DNA of 64,000 nt from Octopus vulgaris (lineage: Eukaryota). Position 1 is the first letter of the stretch; every line of letters starts with the position of its first letter. The stretch spans positions 3,348,001-3,412,000 of the forward strand of contig OX597823.1 in NCBI GenBank assembly GCA_951406725.2, in the 5' to 3' direction. The notes beneath the pieces were generated by a model. That model had not been told where the DNA came from, did not search any database, and saw only the letters and a program-made list of their open reading frames with translations. The position numbers and the translations under genes were made by a program. Positions 26,476-39,971 of the stretch are shown here, in pieces.

Positions 26476-27849
26476 TAATATTCTACATTTTATGAATATT
26501 GTTTTCAAGGTTTGCTAAGGGTTGTACAATCATCATTTTCACTAAAGCACCCAGAAGTTCACCCACAGCAACTTGATGGATTGATGGATTAAATAATGAA
26601 GGAAGTCCTTGTGTTGTTCTCGTCGTATGTCCAGAAACACATAAGCGGAGAGGAAAAGAATAAGTCAATGCATGGGGCAGGTGATTAGAATGTTGCAGGA
26701 AAGAATGGCAAGATGGATTCTCCAAGCCAAGCTAATGGCCAGGAGACCAAGAATGAGATAGTTGCAGAATATCCATAGATCCAGGCATGGTTGTATGGTA
26801 AGAAGTTCACTTCTCAATCACATGGTTCCCAGTTCAGTCCCATTATGTGGTACCTTGAGCAAGTGTCTTCTACTATAGGTTCAGGCTGACAAAAGCCTTC
26901 TGAGTGAATTTGGCTGGCAGAAACTGAAAGAAGTCAGTCATGTGTGTGTGTGTGTGTGGTGCTCTTAACCACTACGCCATATGCCCGTGGGCATATGGTG
27001 TAGTGTTTCAGTCATCAGACTGTGGCCATGCTGGGGCACCACCTTGAAGTATTTTTAGTCAAATGAATGAAGCCTAGGGCTTTATTTTTTAAAAGGCTGG
27101 TACTTATTCTATCAATCTCTTTTGCCAAACCACTAAGTTACTGGGACATAACACACCAACACCATTGGTCAGGCAGTGGTGGGAGACAAACACAAACATA
27201 CACACGTATACAATGGGCTTCTTTCAGTTTCCATCTACCAAATCTATTCACAAGGCTTTGGTTGCCCCCAGGCTATAGTAGAAGACACTTACCCAAGGTG
27301 CCATGTAATGGGACTGAACCCAGAACCATGAGATTGGGAGGCAAACTCCTTACCACACAGCCACTCCTGCACCTTTTCACTTTCGTTTCTTTAGAATTTG
27401 AGTTTTATTTCTCTTTTGCTGCTCAAAAAATTGCAAGATGAAGTCACTAAATGGTCATTCCTCCTGCAAGAAATAACAGCTAAATCTTCATATTTTTTAA
27501 ATTTTAATTTTTAAAGAAGGATACAATAAATAAGATAGACTTAGATATAGTGTGCCTGAAAACAGACTAGATGGCTATGGATGGAAAGCTTTCTTTCATA
27601 GGCCTGCTTGATTTGGGCTGACCTGTGGCTAAAGAAAAACATGAAGACAAGCCAACAAGGGAGCACCATTCAACTTGTTAGGAATTGCAACCAAATCGCT
27701 CCCCTATTATCTTAAAAGTGGAGATGAATGGCTTAGCGGTTAGAGTGTTGCACTCATGATCACATGGTTGTGGTTTCAATTTCTGGGCAGGGCAATGGGT
27801 TGTATTCTTGAGAAAAAACTTCATTTCACATTGCTTCAGTCCACTCAGC

Positions 27850-28420
27850 TGACAATAATAATAATAATAATAATGAAATTATTGTATTCAGTGCTCAGGT
27901 GCACCACAACTTGTCAAAAGTGCGTATAAAGAACATGTAGTAATGTAGAAATGTCTGGAAAGTAAACAGTGTAAGAGTCAGATACATGCTTGTGTGTGTA
28001 TGGAGGGGAGAAAATCAGGTGTAGTGTTGGCGAATCTCAGAAAGCATGGAAGTTTTGAAGGATGCAGTGCTCCGACAACTAACAACTGATGCCAGCAGTT
28101 TGTTCCATGCTTCAGCAACTCTCAGTATGAAAAAATGTTTCCGAAAGTCATGGAAGGAGCTGTGCTGTTTTCTGACTTTGTAAAGATATCTATGGGTGTT
28201 AGACAGGTGGAGTTTGAAAAGGTGCTCAGAGTTATTGTTTGTAAGATGGTTGATAATTTTATGGGTGTCTGCCAAGTCAGCTGCCAGACATTGGAGTTTC
28301 AATGTATCCATGCCCAGGAAAGTAAGGCATTCAGAATATGGCAAATGCCTGATGGAGGGTATTCTTTTGGTTGCACACCGCTGAACGGCTTCCAGACGAT
28401 TAATATCCTGGGCAAGATAG
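27850..28420 (-). mobile_element. CR1/L2-type LINE 3' fragment
   Basis: ORF 28015..28344 contains ...FRKHFFILRVAEAWNKL..SVV...FK, a typical CR1/L2 C-terminus. An (ATT)n tail is at about 27855-27872. Confidence 0.75.
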
Positions 28421-30379
28421 GGGTTCTTTCAGTTTCCATCTTGTAAATCTTCTCACATATACAAAATGTAAGAATGATGAGGTGTCTTTTCCAAGATGAT
28501 AATTGGGAGGGTAGAAGTTCTACCCCTACCATAAACCAATGAATAAGTGGGGCAGAGATGGTAAAGAATTAGAACTTGATACAGTGTTTATATGGGGCAT
28601 TCACCCAACGGAGATACGAGGATCAGGGCACGTATAGGGTTTCTGGCTTTTGGGCTGTAAGTTTTTATTCACACCTCATCTTTTATTCTTTTACTTGTTT
28701 CAGTCATTTGACTGTGGCCATGCTGGGGCACCACTTTGAACAATTTTTAATCAACCCAGTACTTAATGTTTTTGCTTAGCCTGGTATTTATTCTATTGGT
28801 CTCTTTTGCAGGGACGTAAACACACCAACACTGGTTGTCAAGCGGTAGTGAGGGACAAACACAGGCACAAAGACATATACAACGGGCTTCTTTCAGTTTC
28901 CATCTACCAAATCCACTCACAAGACTTTAATTAGCCTGAGGCTGTGGTAGAAGACACTTGCCCAAGATGTCACGCACTGGAACTGAACCCAGAACCATGT
29001 GGTTGGGAAGCTGGCAGAAACGTTACCTTTGCCTTTCATCCTTTCGGGGTCGATAAATTAAGTACCAGTTGCGTACTGAGGTTGATCTAATTGACCAGAC
29101 CCCTCCCCCAAAATTTCGGGCCTTGTGCCTAAAGTAGAAAAGCATGTGGTTGGGAAGCAAGCTTCTTGCCACACATCTACCCCTGCGCCTGTCGGTGGTA
29201 CCATATTCACAGCTCGGTGAATCAGGCACCTAACAGTTGTCATTACTAAGGAGAAAAGAGTGGCATACCTACTCAAGCATGCCCTCTCCCTTCGACTTCC
29301 TTTCCTCATAACTTCACGCTCATTTGAATTTTCCGAAACTCCTCTCCCCAGTCACGGAGAAACTCTTTTCACAAATTTCGATGTAACTGGAATTTCATGA
29401 AAAAATATCCATTTTTCAGGAAGCTATGAGGAAATAAAGTCGGGAAGGGGACACTTGTATAAGTATGCTGCAAAGGATAAATAAGCAACGTCCTTAAAAC
29501 CTTGATAGGGCACGAACCGGTGACCCTTCTGTTCACAAAAGGACACCTTATCGACTCCGTTAACAGCGAATTTCCTTCTTTCTGGGAGTATCAGCGAAAG
29601 TAGAACAATTATGTTTTTATTGTAAGAGAATAAAGAAACAGAAAAAAAAATGGAAAGCTGTGAGGAAACAAACTCCGTAATTTAAAATTTAGTCCCGTTT
29701 GTCGAGACCGCTTAAGTAAATGTTCGGGTATAACTACAGATTGATGCCCCCAACTTTGCTCATAAGTCATAACTTTTTGAAAAGAGAGATTTTTACTAAC
29801 ATTTTGTGGGGATACATTTTCGAAGGTGTAGGTTAGAATTTTCTTTATAGAATTTAGGAAAAAAAAACCCCGTTTTTGATGGAGTTTCGGTTCGTTCTGA
29901 CTTTGTCACAATTCAATTTCCATAACTTTGGCATTTTCACTAACTTTTATTTCCAAGTTTTTATATCTAAAACATAACCCCAACCCTAACCTCTACACTT
30001 TTGAAAATGTTTTTCTGCAAAATGTCATTCAAAAATAAGCATTTTAAAGAGGGTCATAAAGGGTGAAGAAACTCCTTAAAATTCCTTTCCAAAATTCGTT
30101 AAGATGATCGTAATACTCGAAAAAAGAAATCTCGGCAAAATTTCTTTTGAAAGATGTGCATTTTTCAGAAAATTTTTAAGGAAAGAACTTTGGTAATTAG
30201 AGTGCTACTCTGTAGTCAGGGTAAGATTTGTTCTCCTCAGCAACAGTAAAAGAAATTAGCAATTTTGTAAACATTTATATTTTAAAGACATTTTATCTTG
30301 AAATTTTATAATATTTTTTTAAAATTCGGATCTATTAAATTTATTCTAAAAAAGGAAACCCATTGAAAAAGTAAACAAA

Positions 30380-30491
30380 AAGACGTGGTGAGGATCTGTT
30401 GTTGCGGAGATGTAGATTTGTACCGGAAGTAGTTCTGTCATTAAGCCGTCACGTTGCTTCCAGTCGGGTTTCCTCCACAATCTCTCCTGCG
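30380..30491 (+). promoter_or_regulatory. Probable MTAP promoter / 5' UTR with ETS motif ACCGGAAGT (30422-30430)
   Basis: Consensus ETS site about 60 bp upstream of the ATG. CpG dinucleotides look enriched over about 29500-31600 compared with the rest of the window, as expected for an unmethylated housekeeping promoter. Confidence 0.55.
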
Positions 30492-30506
30492 ATGACCAAA
30501 CTCAAG
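30492..30506 (+). CDS. MTAP: MTAP coding exon 1 (MTKLK)
   Basis: ATG ACC AAA CTC AAG followed by donor gttcgt. The phase-0 join to exon 2 gives ...LK|IGII, matching human ...AVK|IGII. It lies in a CpG-retaining segment with an ETS motif just upstream. The exon is short, so this assignment is partly inference. Confidence 0.75.
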
Positions 30507-31933
30507 GTTCGTTCAATTCTCTTCTTGTCATCATTATATTATTGGTTTTCTAACTAATATCGCCCTATTCATTTCTAATATTGACAAAATACCGTAAATT
30601 TAGAAGGTTATAACGTAACCGTTCTTAGCGACCGCAAGTACTCGACTAATATTTTAGTTTAGCGACCCGGGAAAGAGTATAACTACACTTTAGGGCCCCA
30701 TCCACTTTTTTTTTTTCCTTATGTATTTGATATTTTATAAATATATTTTTGAGGGTATATATTACGATTATGTTGATAAGATTAAAGTGGAAAGCAAAAT
30801 TTTTACCAAAGTTTTTCGGATCGTTTTCTCCATCGTCCGATTTTTTTTTTATTCCATAACTCTCTATAAAATGCATATTTTCAAAAGTCATTTTGCAGAA
30901 CTACATTTTATTGAATACATTTCAGTGTTGATGTTTGAAGCTTGTAAGCTTGATAAAAGAAAACGAAAAGTGCAAAACTTAACAGAATTCGGTAACAAAA
31001 TTGGGACAGAAAGATGCGAAAACGACCCAAAATTTCAAAATTCTTTTTCTAATATATATATATCATCAACATAATCGTATTTGACACTCTCGAAAACGTA
31101 TCTGCAAAATTTCATTGCAGTATATGCATTTTTCAAAAAGTTATGAGGAAACAAAGTCGTGAGGGTAGAGTACCACAACGGACCGGCGAAATCAACTTCA
31201 GCGGGATTTGAACTCCGAGTGTAAAAGTAACCAAAAAAAAAAAAAAAAAAAATCGTGATTCTGCAAATAACCTTCCGAATATTGCTATTAAATATACTTT
31301 CAGTTTAAATTTACTTGTTTACAAAAATATCAAGTTTTTAATGAGAGGAGTGGATCGGCAAGGATTCCGGTTTAAGCATTCCTTACACCCCTCAGAACTT
31401 TTCCATTTTTTGGAATTTTCAGAAAACTTTTGCGAATTTGTATTCTACACACGGAAATTCATTTAGGAAAGAAAATTGTGTGAAAAAATGAAAAAAAAAC
31501 TGTGTGATTTAAGTGCGATTTAGCTGTTGTTTTTAGCACATCTCACGACCACCTGATACCTTCCTCGCTTCGTTGTCACTCTGACATGTATTGATGTTTT
31601 TTAACATTTTTCTCTCCCATAAACACATTTTATGGAATGATAATGCACTTAAAGGGGGATCCATTGCTGGAATATCAGAGATCAGGTTGTGTTATAGTCC
31701 CTGTTTGTAACCAGAGGCGTTCCAACCGTGACTATACCGTCTTATCAACTTAGTGATTTTATTTAATTAGTTCTTCATATGAACATTGCATTTATCTTTG
31801 TGTGGAGGGCAATTTCAGATGGTGCCAGCCAGAGTCTAATGACTGGAACAAGTGAAAGACAGTCCCAACTGGAGCACTCATAAGTTCGTTATTCAAGAAG
31901 TGCTTATGAACATCACATCATTGTAATCTTTAA

Positions 31934-32154
31934 CCCTTTCGTTACTCTATTTCTGTTGAGATGTTCTCTGTTTCTTTCAATTACTTTAAATATAACAAAG
32001 AATTTAGTAAAATAACTTCGTTATCATTCAGCTAGTGTTAGGAACATAAATTGTGACTAAGGAAAGGTGGAAGATTTTAATTCAGAACTTATGAAAACAA
32101 GACATTTGTACTACAGAGCCAGAGCCGGTTTCAGCCAGGTTGGTAACGAAAGGG
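31934..32154. mobile_element. piggyBac-type MITE
   Basis: TTAA|CCCTTTCGTTAC ... GTAACGAAAGGG|TTAA: 12-bp TIR and TTAA TSD. Family copies are at 57263-57485 (inverted), 58060-58281 and, deleted, ~58306-58407. Confidence 0.9.
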
Positions 32155-32620
32155 TTAATCTCAATCTCTCTCTCTCTCTCTGCATGATAAAAATTTGGGT
32201 TTTTTTTTGGAGAATAGAGTCGGAAATTATCTAGTGCCCCACCCTCCCATAAAAAAAAAGAGGAAAAGCTATGTGATGAATGTTGATGTTTTAAGCCTCA
32301 TAAATTACAGTTCTGCCAAAAAAAAAAAAAACCAGTAATTTTTAAAATTTTCCTTTAGCCAAAAAGAGTGGATTTTTTTACACCCACTTTTCCTCTCTTC
32401 CAGTAATTTTTCAGTTTTGACTTTTTTTCCTCCAAAAAAGTTACTTTAGATTTATATTTTTAAAAAAAGGTTATGCAAGGTGCAGGCATGGCTGTGCAAT
32501 AAGAAGTTTGCTTCCCAACCACATATTTTCCCGGTTCAGTCCCGCTTTGTGGTGCCCTGGACAAGTGTCTCTATCCTTGGGTCAATCAAAGCCTTGTGAA
32601 TGGATTTGGTAGATGGAAAC

Positions 32621-32859
32621 CGTGGGCATATGGCGCAGTGGTTAAGAGCGCGGGCTACTAACCCCAAGATTCCGAGTTCAATTCCGGGCAGTGACCTGAT
32701 TAATAATAACAATAATGATAACATCGAAAAATATCTTAGAAATGAGAACCCAGGTTCGAAATTTCCCTAAGTCATCTGATGAAGGCTGGAGGGTATATCA
32801 GCCGAAATGTGTTAACAACAAACAAGATGAGGACAAATATCCGTCAAATGTAAATAATG
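32621..32859 (+). mobile_element. Single arm of the same tRNA/hammerhead element, inserted into a SINE1 copy without TSD
   Basis: Host ggaaac|tgaaagaa is split cleanly. A box tggcgcagtgg, B box gagttcaattcc, and CTGATGAAGGCTG...CAGCCGAAA at 32776-32807. Confidence 0.85.
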
Positions 32860-33879
32860 TGAAAGAATGTATGTGTGTTTGTGTTTGACAACCAGTGTTG
32901 GTGTGTTTCTGTCCCATAACCTAGCAGTCTGGCAAAAGAGACCAGTAGAATAAATACCAGGCTTTAAAAAATAAATAGGGAGGGGGGGCGTTCATTCAGC
33001 TAAAATTCTTCAAGATGCTGCCCCAGCATGGCCACAGTCTAATGACTGAAACAAATAACAATAAAAGATATGTTTGATGAGTCATTAACTCATGTTTGAA
33101 ATAAATCTGGAAAAAAAAAGTATATTTTTCAAAATCCAGTCAAAACTGAAAGAGTGCAGAAAAGGTGGTGGGATGAACAAAAGAAATCTCCCCTCCTCCC
33201 CAACATGTACGGAGAGAGTTAGACAGAGAAGGATACATAAGCAGAGATGAATAGCAGGCTCATAACCTGCACCACTCCAAACTCGTGCTGAGCTTTTTGG
33301 TGCACTAGAGAATTTCCGACTCTTGTATAGGAACCCTAACGCCTTCCAACTTCGTGGTTTCAAGTTCACCCCGTGCAACAACACAGGCAAGTGTCTTCTA
33401 TAGCCTTGAGCTGACCGAAGCCTTGTGAGGGGATTTGGTAGAGGAGAAACTGAAAGAAGCCTTTCATGTGCATGTTTATATCATCATTGTCATCATCATC
33501 ATTTACTGTCCACTTTTCCATGCTGGTATGGGTCAGATGGAATTTGTTGAGGCAGATTTTCTTGGTGCCAACCCTCACCAGATTCCAAGCAATACTATGT
33601 TTCTGCAAGAGGCAGAAATTTTAACAGCTAGGTCCATGATCCACTTCCAATCCATTTACAGAGGAAACATTTCTTTTCGATTCCCTTATGTTGATGATGC
33701 CAATACCAAATTCTCGAGCCTCATAAATTCCAACTTCCACAAGAACATCTACCCAAGTCTTCAGCATGGTTTTAGTTGAAATTTCTACTTATTTTCCATA
33801 TTTAATAAAAGATGATGAAATCCTATCAAGACTGGCCTGACTGGACATGTCACGGTACCCTGGGTCAACTCTTTCACTA

Positions 33880-34200
33880 CCATTACTAATAACAGTCCAT
33901 GAAAAGCCATTTCACTGTTGATCTAAGACATTGTTTCTCCTGGGAGTGGACGTGGCTGACCAGACCGATGCGACAAGATAGGCACATCCTGCGACACTGA
34001 CCGGTACTAAAAGAGACCCTGAATAACAGCTGCTGGCAGGTGATGATGACCTCTCCTCCTCTCTTCAGACAGTCTCCTGCATTTGGTTTCAAAGTATTCT
34101 ACCCCAGCACCACACATGGACATCTGTGCCTTCCGATTAACAAAGGCCCCCAACCAATTGGGAGGGACACTGTATAAAATGAGACAGCTTGAGATGACCA
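33880..34200 (-). mobile_element. BovB-like RTE C-terminal relic
   Basis: The minus strand reads GVEYFETK.RRLSEERRR and then CRRMCLS.RIGLVSHV, resembling the C-terminal zinc finger (C..C.R.C.SRIGL.SH) of RTE-BovB elements. Confidence 0.55.
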
Positions 34201-34652
34201 TGTATGTCCAATGTAAGTTTTGGACATACATTGTTATATTTCTATTGAAATACAGTGATTTTATTTCAATTAATTTTGAAGATAATGGCTTGTTTAATAA
34301 AATAATTTTGTCCAACCCATGCCAGCATGGAAAACGGACGTTAAATGACAATGATGATTAATCTAATATTTTATGGCAGAATCATTACCACCCCAGGCAA
34401 AATGCTTGATGTTCTGAGTTCAAATTCAGGGTCAATAAAATAAGTAGCAGTTGGTCACTGGGGTCAGTGTAATCAACTTAGTCCCTTCCTCAAAATTGAT
34501 GGCTCTCTGCCAAAATTTGTAACCGTTATTCATCTGGTATTAACATGAAAATTTGTTGGAAAGTTTTAATTTAGATCACCTTTAAAATGGAACTTTATAT
34601 CATAGAACTAAGGGTTTCCTCAGTCAGGTTGCTATGAAAAGGGTTCATCTTT

Positions 34653-35310
34653 TATCATCATCATCGTTTAATGTCTGTTTCCCACCCTGGCATGGGTTGG
34701 ACGATTTGACTGAGAACTGGCGAACCAGGTGGCCGCACCAGACTCCAATCTGATCTGGCAGAGTTTCTACAACTGGATGCCCTTCCTAATGCCAACCACT
34801 CCGAGAGTTTAGTGGGTACTTTTTATGTGCCACCAGCACGGGATCCAGTCAGGTAACACTTGCATCGACCATGTTCAGATGGTGCTTATTGTGTGCCACC
34901 AGCATGGGAGCTAGTCAGGCGGCACTGGCATCGGCCCACACATGATGGTGCTTTTTACGTGCCACCAGCACGGGGAGTCAGTCAGGCGGCACTGGCAACG
35001 ACCCACACATGAATGGTGCTTTTTACGTGCCACCAGCACGGGGAGTCAGTCAGGCGGCACTGGCAACGACCCACACATGAATGGTGCTTATTGTGTGCCA
35101 CCAGCACGGGGAGTCAGTCAGGCGGCACTGGCAACGACTCACACATGAATGGTGCTTATTGTGTGCCACCAGCACGGGGAGTCAGTCAGGCGGCACTGGC
35201 AACGACCCACACATGAATGGTGCTTATTGTGTGCCACCAGCACGGGGAGCCAGTCAGGTGGCACTGGCATTGGCCGCAACTGCAATTTCCATTTGGTTTT
35301 GATTTGATTT
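34653..35310 (-). mobile_element. RTE 3' UTR/tail copy with internal 68-bp tandem array
   Basis: (cat)n tail at ~34655. Tandem units start at 34879, 34945, 35013, 35081, 35149 and 35217. Confidence 0.88.
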
Positions 35311-36409
35311 TTGCTTTTAGGCTATTTTAATTCGTTATCCTCAAAGTATTAGTTCAGTGATTCTCTCTCAATTAAAACTGTTTTGCTCCTCATCTTTAAC
35401 GAAGTCGCTCTCTTCCAATCATGTCTTCCCTATCAATGTCAATGCTCTCTCGCACATTAGCTCCAACCACTGTTCTGCTTCTTCACAGATCTTCTCTCTA
35501 ATTGTTCTGCTATAGCCTTTGGTGCTTCTACCAACACAATTTTAACATTTGTTTCCTGTAGCCATGTATTTTGCATGAAGCTAGAAATTTAGTTAGGGCA
35601 CTAACACTAATGGGGTGGTGTGGGGGGGTCTGTGAATAACTTGGTCAAGCATTTCCTGTTCAGCAATTTACTTCCCCATAATGACTCATTGATGCCATTA
35701 AGCTTTATTTAGGAAGAAATCCTTGTCTGTTATCATTACATCTCTTTTCTTTTGGAAATTTGATGTCTTGACCCATTGCAAGATATTAACATTGTTATTT
35801 AGATACTTGAGCAATCCTGATTGACTGCACGTGTGACACAAGGCATTTTTAATGTGACTACATCATCTTTTGAAGTGTCTCTTTTTTGGGGTTTTTTTTT
35901 TGTCATAGAACATTTAGTACTTCATGGCTGTGAGCTATGGTTTTAAGTTCAGCCCCATTGCGTAACTTCTTTGGTTAATAATGTCTTCTACTATAGCCCT
36001 GAACCAACTTAAGCCATTTGGCAGGATTTGGTAAAAAAATAGAATTTCATGTTACTTATAGACAAATGTTTCACCAGCAAACATACCGTATGCACAGGTT
36101 CAAAACCATGATAGGAACTGAGAAAAAGAACCCCACAATAAAACCATCATGACACGAACATGCCATTGCCTAACTTTAGGAACACTGCACCAATGACTGT
36201 ATAAAATATGGGAGTTTTTCCCTTACAATAATAGAAGATACTTGCCCATGGTGCCATGTAGTGGGACTGAACCTATAGTCATGTGGTTGCAAAGCAAACA
36301 TCTTACCACACATCACATATGAGCCTAATGTGGTGATTAACGATTTAAAGTCTATTCTCAGCATATTGGCATAGAAATCTTTTTTTCTTTTGCCCTTGTT
36401 TATATTGTA

Positions 36410-36456
<47 letters not shown>

Positions 36457-37698
36457 TTCCAGGTTCAGTCCCACTCCATGGCACCTTGGGCAAGTGTCTC
36501 TTACTATTCTAAAAACTCAGCTTGTTGGAATGTTCTAAGAGGCGCTAAAGTTGTCAAGAACTCAACGGTCATCATCATCAACATCATCATCAAACACATT
36601 TGAAATCTGAGGGTTACTCAATGTATGAAAGCACAGATTTAACTTTATAAGCATTACAAACTATTTTTGTTAATGTTAAAATAGCATAATGGAAAACATG
36701 GAAACCAGACCATGTTTTAACTTTATTCAACTGATACTACTACCTACCTACCAGGCATTCAACAAGGAATAGAGACAGACAGACAGACTACCTGAAAACT
36801 ATGGAAATATTTACATATTCAAAGACTATGAAAATATCTACAAAACGTTTCACTTAATTTATTTCTCCAATTTAATTGTTTTTCTTGTTTTACACTTAGT
36901 TGAAAAAGTCTAAAAAGACAGAAACTGGTACTAAAATGTACTTCATGATAAAATTATTTTAGCATTTTCTACTTTGTCTTATTTTCCTTATACACACACA
37001 CACTCAATTGCATATACATAAATAGCAGGCTTCTGTATAGTTTCTCTTTGCCAAATATCACTCAACTAGTGTTTTCCGACTTGAGGCTATAACAATAGGG
37101 AACACTTGCCAAAAGCATCCCACTGTACATTTGAACCCCTAACCACATGAAGTGAAGTCTTACCAACTTGCCATTCCCAGATATATTGTTTTAATTAGAA
37201 AGAAGAAAGAAATTTAATTCCTGGTGGGTATAATTATTTAGACAAAGTATAACAATCATTTCAAGTTTAAAAACCTGTTTGAGATAAAAAAAAAAATGGA
37301 GACTGGTGGTGTGGGGGGGGGGGGGCACCTTTGTTTCTTATGAAATGCATTCTACGCATTTTGTTTTGAAGCATCTGATCCAAGCGATAGCCTGCCGTGC
37401 AACATTTGCTGGTAAGTACTATGACCTACATCTAGCAGCTGTAGTGAACAGAATTCCATTGTTGTTAGGGAAAATCTCTTGCAGAGCTGGCCATAACGAG
37501 AAAAGGTGTGTGTGAGTGAAAGTATCAGCATTTTGCAGGAAACGACTCTCTTTGAATTTATATTCACACTTCAACTGCTGCGGTGCTCCTATCAGCTTCA
37601 GACAGGCATGCGACTCCTTACACATATTCACATGCACCAAATGCAGCAGTTTATAAAGTCTGGCCTCACCTAAAACCTTGCTCAGTTTCTAAACTTCA

Positions 37699-37700
<2 letters not shown>

Positions 37701-37754
<54 letters not shown>
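37701..37754. repeat. (TC)n microsatellite
   Basis: About 27 perfect TC units. Confidence 0.95.
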
Positions 37755-37757
<3 letters not shown>

Positions 37758-39971
37758 TCTAATCATCAAAAGTATTTATTCTTATCAAACTAATTACTTG
37801 GACAGGAGTTCCTTAATAAAGATTTTATGGCCTCAGAAGCTGTTTTATATGAAACTACAGGCACGGCTGTGAGGATAAGGGTTCAATCCCACTGTGTGGT
37901 GGCTTGGGCAAGTGCCTTCTACAATAACCCTGGCCTGAACAAAGCTTCGTGGCTGGATTTCGTAAATGGGAACCAAAAGAAGTCTGTCATGCATGTGTGT
38001 ATGTGTGTGTGTATATATACACATACACACACACACACACGCTAATATCAAACTGAGAATGGGTGGCCAACACTGCATTGGTGGATAAGCATTCTTTATT
38101 TGTGGGTTAATGAGGCCACCAAGGGTTTCATTTGATGGGTTCAAGGGATCTAAATTAAAGCCTTCCATCAAAATTTCTCTCCTAAACACACCGGATTAAT
38201 AACATCAAAGTTCCCTCTCTCTCTCTCTCTTTCAGAGAGGCACTGAGCAGCTATACGCACACATACACACACGGCAGTAACTTCCACCTACCAAATTCAA
38301 TCACAAAGCTTTGGTCGACTCGGGGCTATAATGGAAGATACCTACCCAAAGTACCATGCAGTGGGACTGAACCCGAAACCATGTAGCTAGGAAGCAAGCT
38401 CCCTAACCACACAGCCATGGCCATTCTTCTAAATTTTTCATAATTTTCAAAATTGATTGAAACAAAGTTGGTGTATTTCACCAGAAATGTGGTCCCAAAA
38501 GGGGTTAAAGTGAACACCTTGTAAAAGCTCAGTAAATGTGTGTGTGTATCACCATCATTGTAATGTCCACTTTTCCATACTTGCATATTTTTTGTCTTTT
38601 ACGCCATGCTGGGGCACCACCTTGAGGAATTTTTAGTCGAATGAATTGACAGCAATACTTACATTTTTTTTTTAGCCTGGTAATTATTGTATCGGTCTCT
38701 TTGGCTGAACCGCTAAGTTACAGGGATATAAACACACCAACACTGTTTGTGAAGCGGTGGTGAGGGACAGACACAAGCACACACACACACACACGACTGG
38801 CTTCTTTCAGTTTCCATCTATCAAATCCACTCACAAGGCTTTGGTTGGCCTGAGACTGTAGTAGAAGACACTTGCCCAAGGTGCCACTCAGTGGGATGGA
38901 ACCTAGAGCCATGTGGTTGGGAAGCAAACTTATGCAGCCATACCTGCTGATAGCTATATAATGATAATATAGAAAATTTCTTAGTTTTTGCTGAATAAGA
39001 TAGGCATAGGAGTAGCTGTGTGGTAAGTAACTTGCTTACGAACCACATGGTTCCGGGTTCAGTCCCACTGCGTGGCACCTTGGGCATGTGTCTTCTACTA
39101 TAGCCTCAGGTTGAACAAAGCCTTGTGAGTGGATTTGGTAGATGGAAACTGAAAGAAGCCCGTCGTATATATGTATGTGTGTGTCTGTGTTTGTTCTCCC
39201 CCCCAAAAAAAAAACATCGCTTGACAACCGATGCTGGTGTGTTTAAGTCCCAGTAACTTAGCAGTTCAGCAAAAGAGTCCGATAGAATAAGGACTGGGCT
39301 TACAAAGAATAAGTCCTGGGGTAGATTTGCTCGACTAAAGGCGGTGCTCCAGCATGGCCACAGTCAAACGACTGAAACAAGTAAAAGAGTAAAGAAAGTA
39401 AGATAGATAGATGTGTGTGTGTGTGTGTGTGTAATGTTAATAAAAAAAACTGAAAAATTTCTTAGTCATCTCGTAAGAGTAAACATTTTGATACTGAGAT
39501 AGTGAAAGATACTTTGGAGGTTCTAAACGGAATTTGTGAGGTCAGCCAAAGACTGACATGAGAAATCCTAAGTATGGTGCCTGTGTCAGCTTGTTATTAT
39601 GCATCTGCTGCAGTACTGTGAAATGTGCAATGCCAGAAGAGAGAAACATCCTGGTGAGATCCGATGCCTTGTTACATCCTCTTTTGTACGTCTCTGACAT
39701 TGGCTGCTTCTGACACTGGTGTGTGTGTCTACACACAAAAGGCGGCCAGCTGGCGGAAACATTAGCACGGCGGGCGAAATGCTTAGTGGTATTTTGTCTG
39801 CCGCTACGTTCTGAGTTCAAATTCTGCCGAGGTCTACTTTGCCTTTCATCTTTTCGGGGGTTGATTAAATAAGTACCAGCTACGCACTGGGGTCAATGTA
39901 ATCAACTTAATCTGTTTGTCCCCTCTGTGTTTAGCCCCTTGTGGGCAATAAACAAATAAGCACACACACAC

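Noticed and set aside
29500-29570. tRNA-like sequence on the minus strand (GGTTCGTGCCC B-box-like)
   Set aside because: The acceptor and anticodon stems do not pair; at most a decayed tRNA-derived relic.
29975-29992. taaccc-caaccc-taaccc telomere-like motif
   Set aside because: Only three imperfect units inside an old AT-rich repeat.
32624-32698. Possible genuine tRNA gene (CT-ACT-AA loop)
   Set aside because: It has no proper acceptor stem and is the head of a dispersed repeat.
34879-35275. Regular repeat array resembling CRISPR
   Set aside because: The units are contiguous with no unique spacers, derive from the RTE 3' UTR, and the DNA is eukaryotic with no cas genes.
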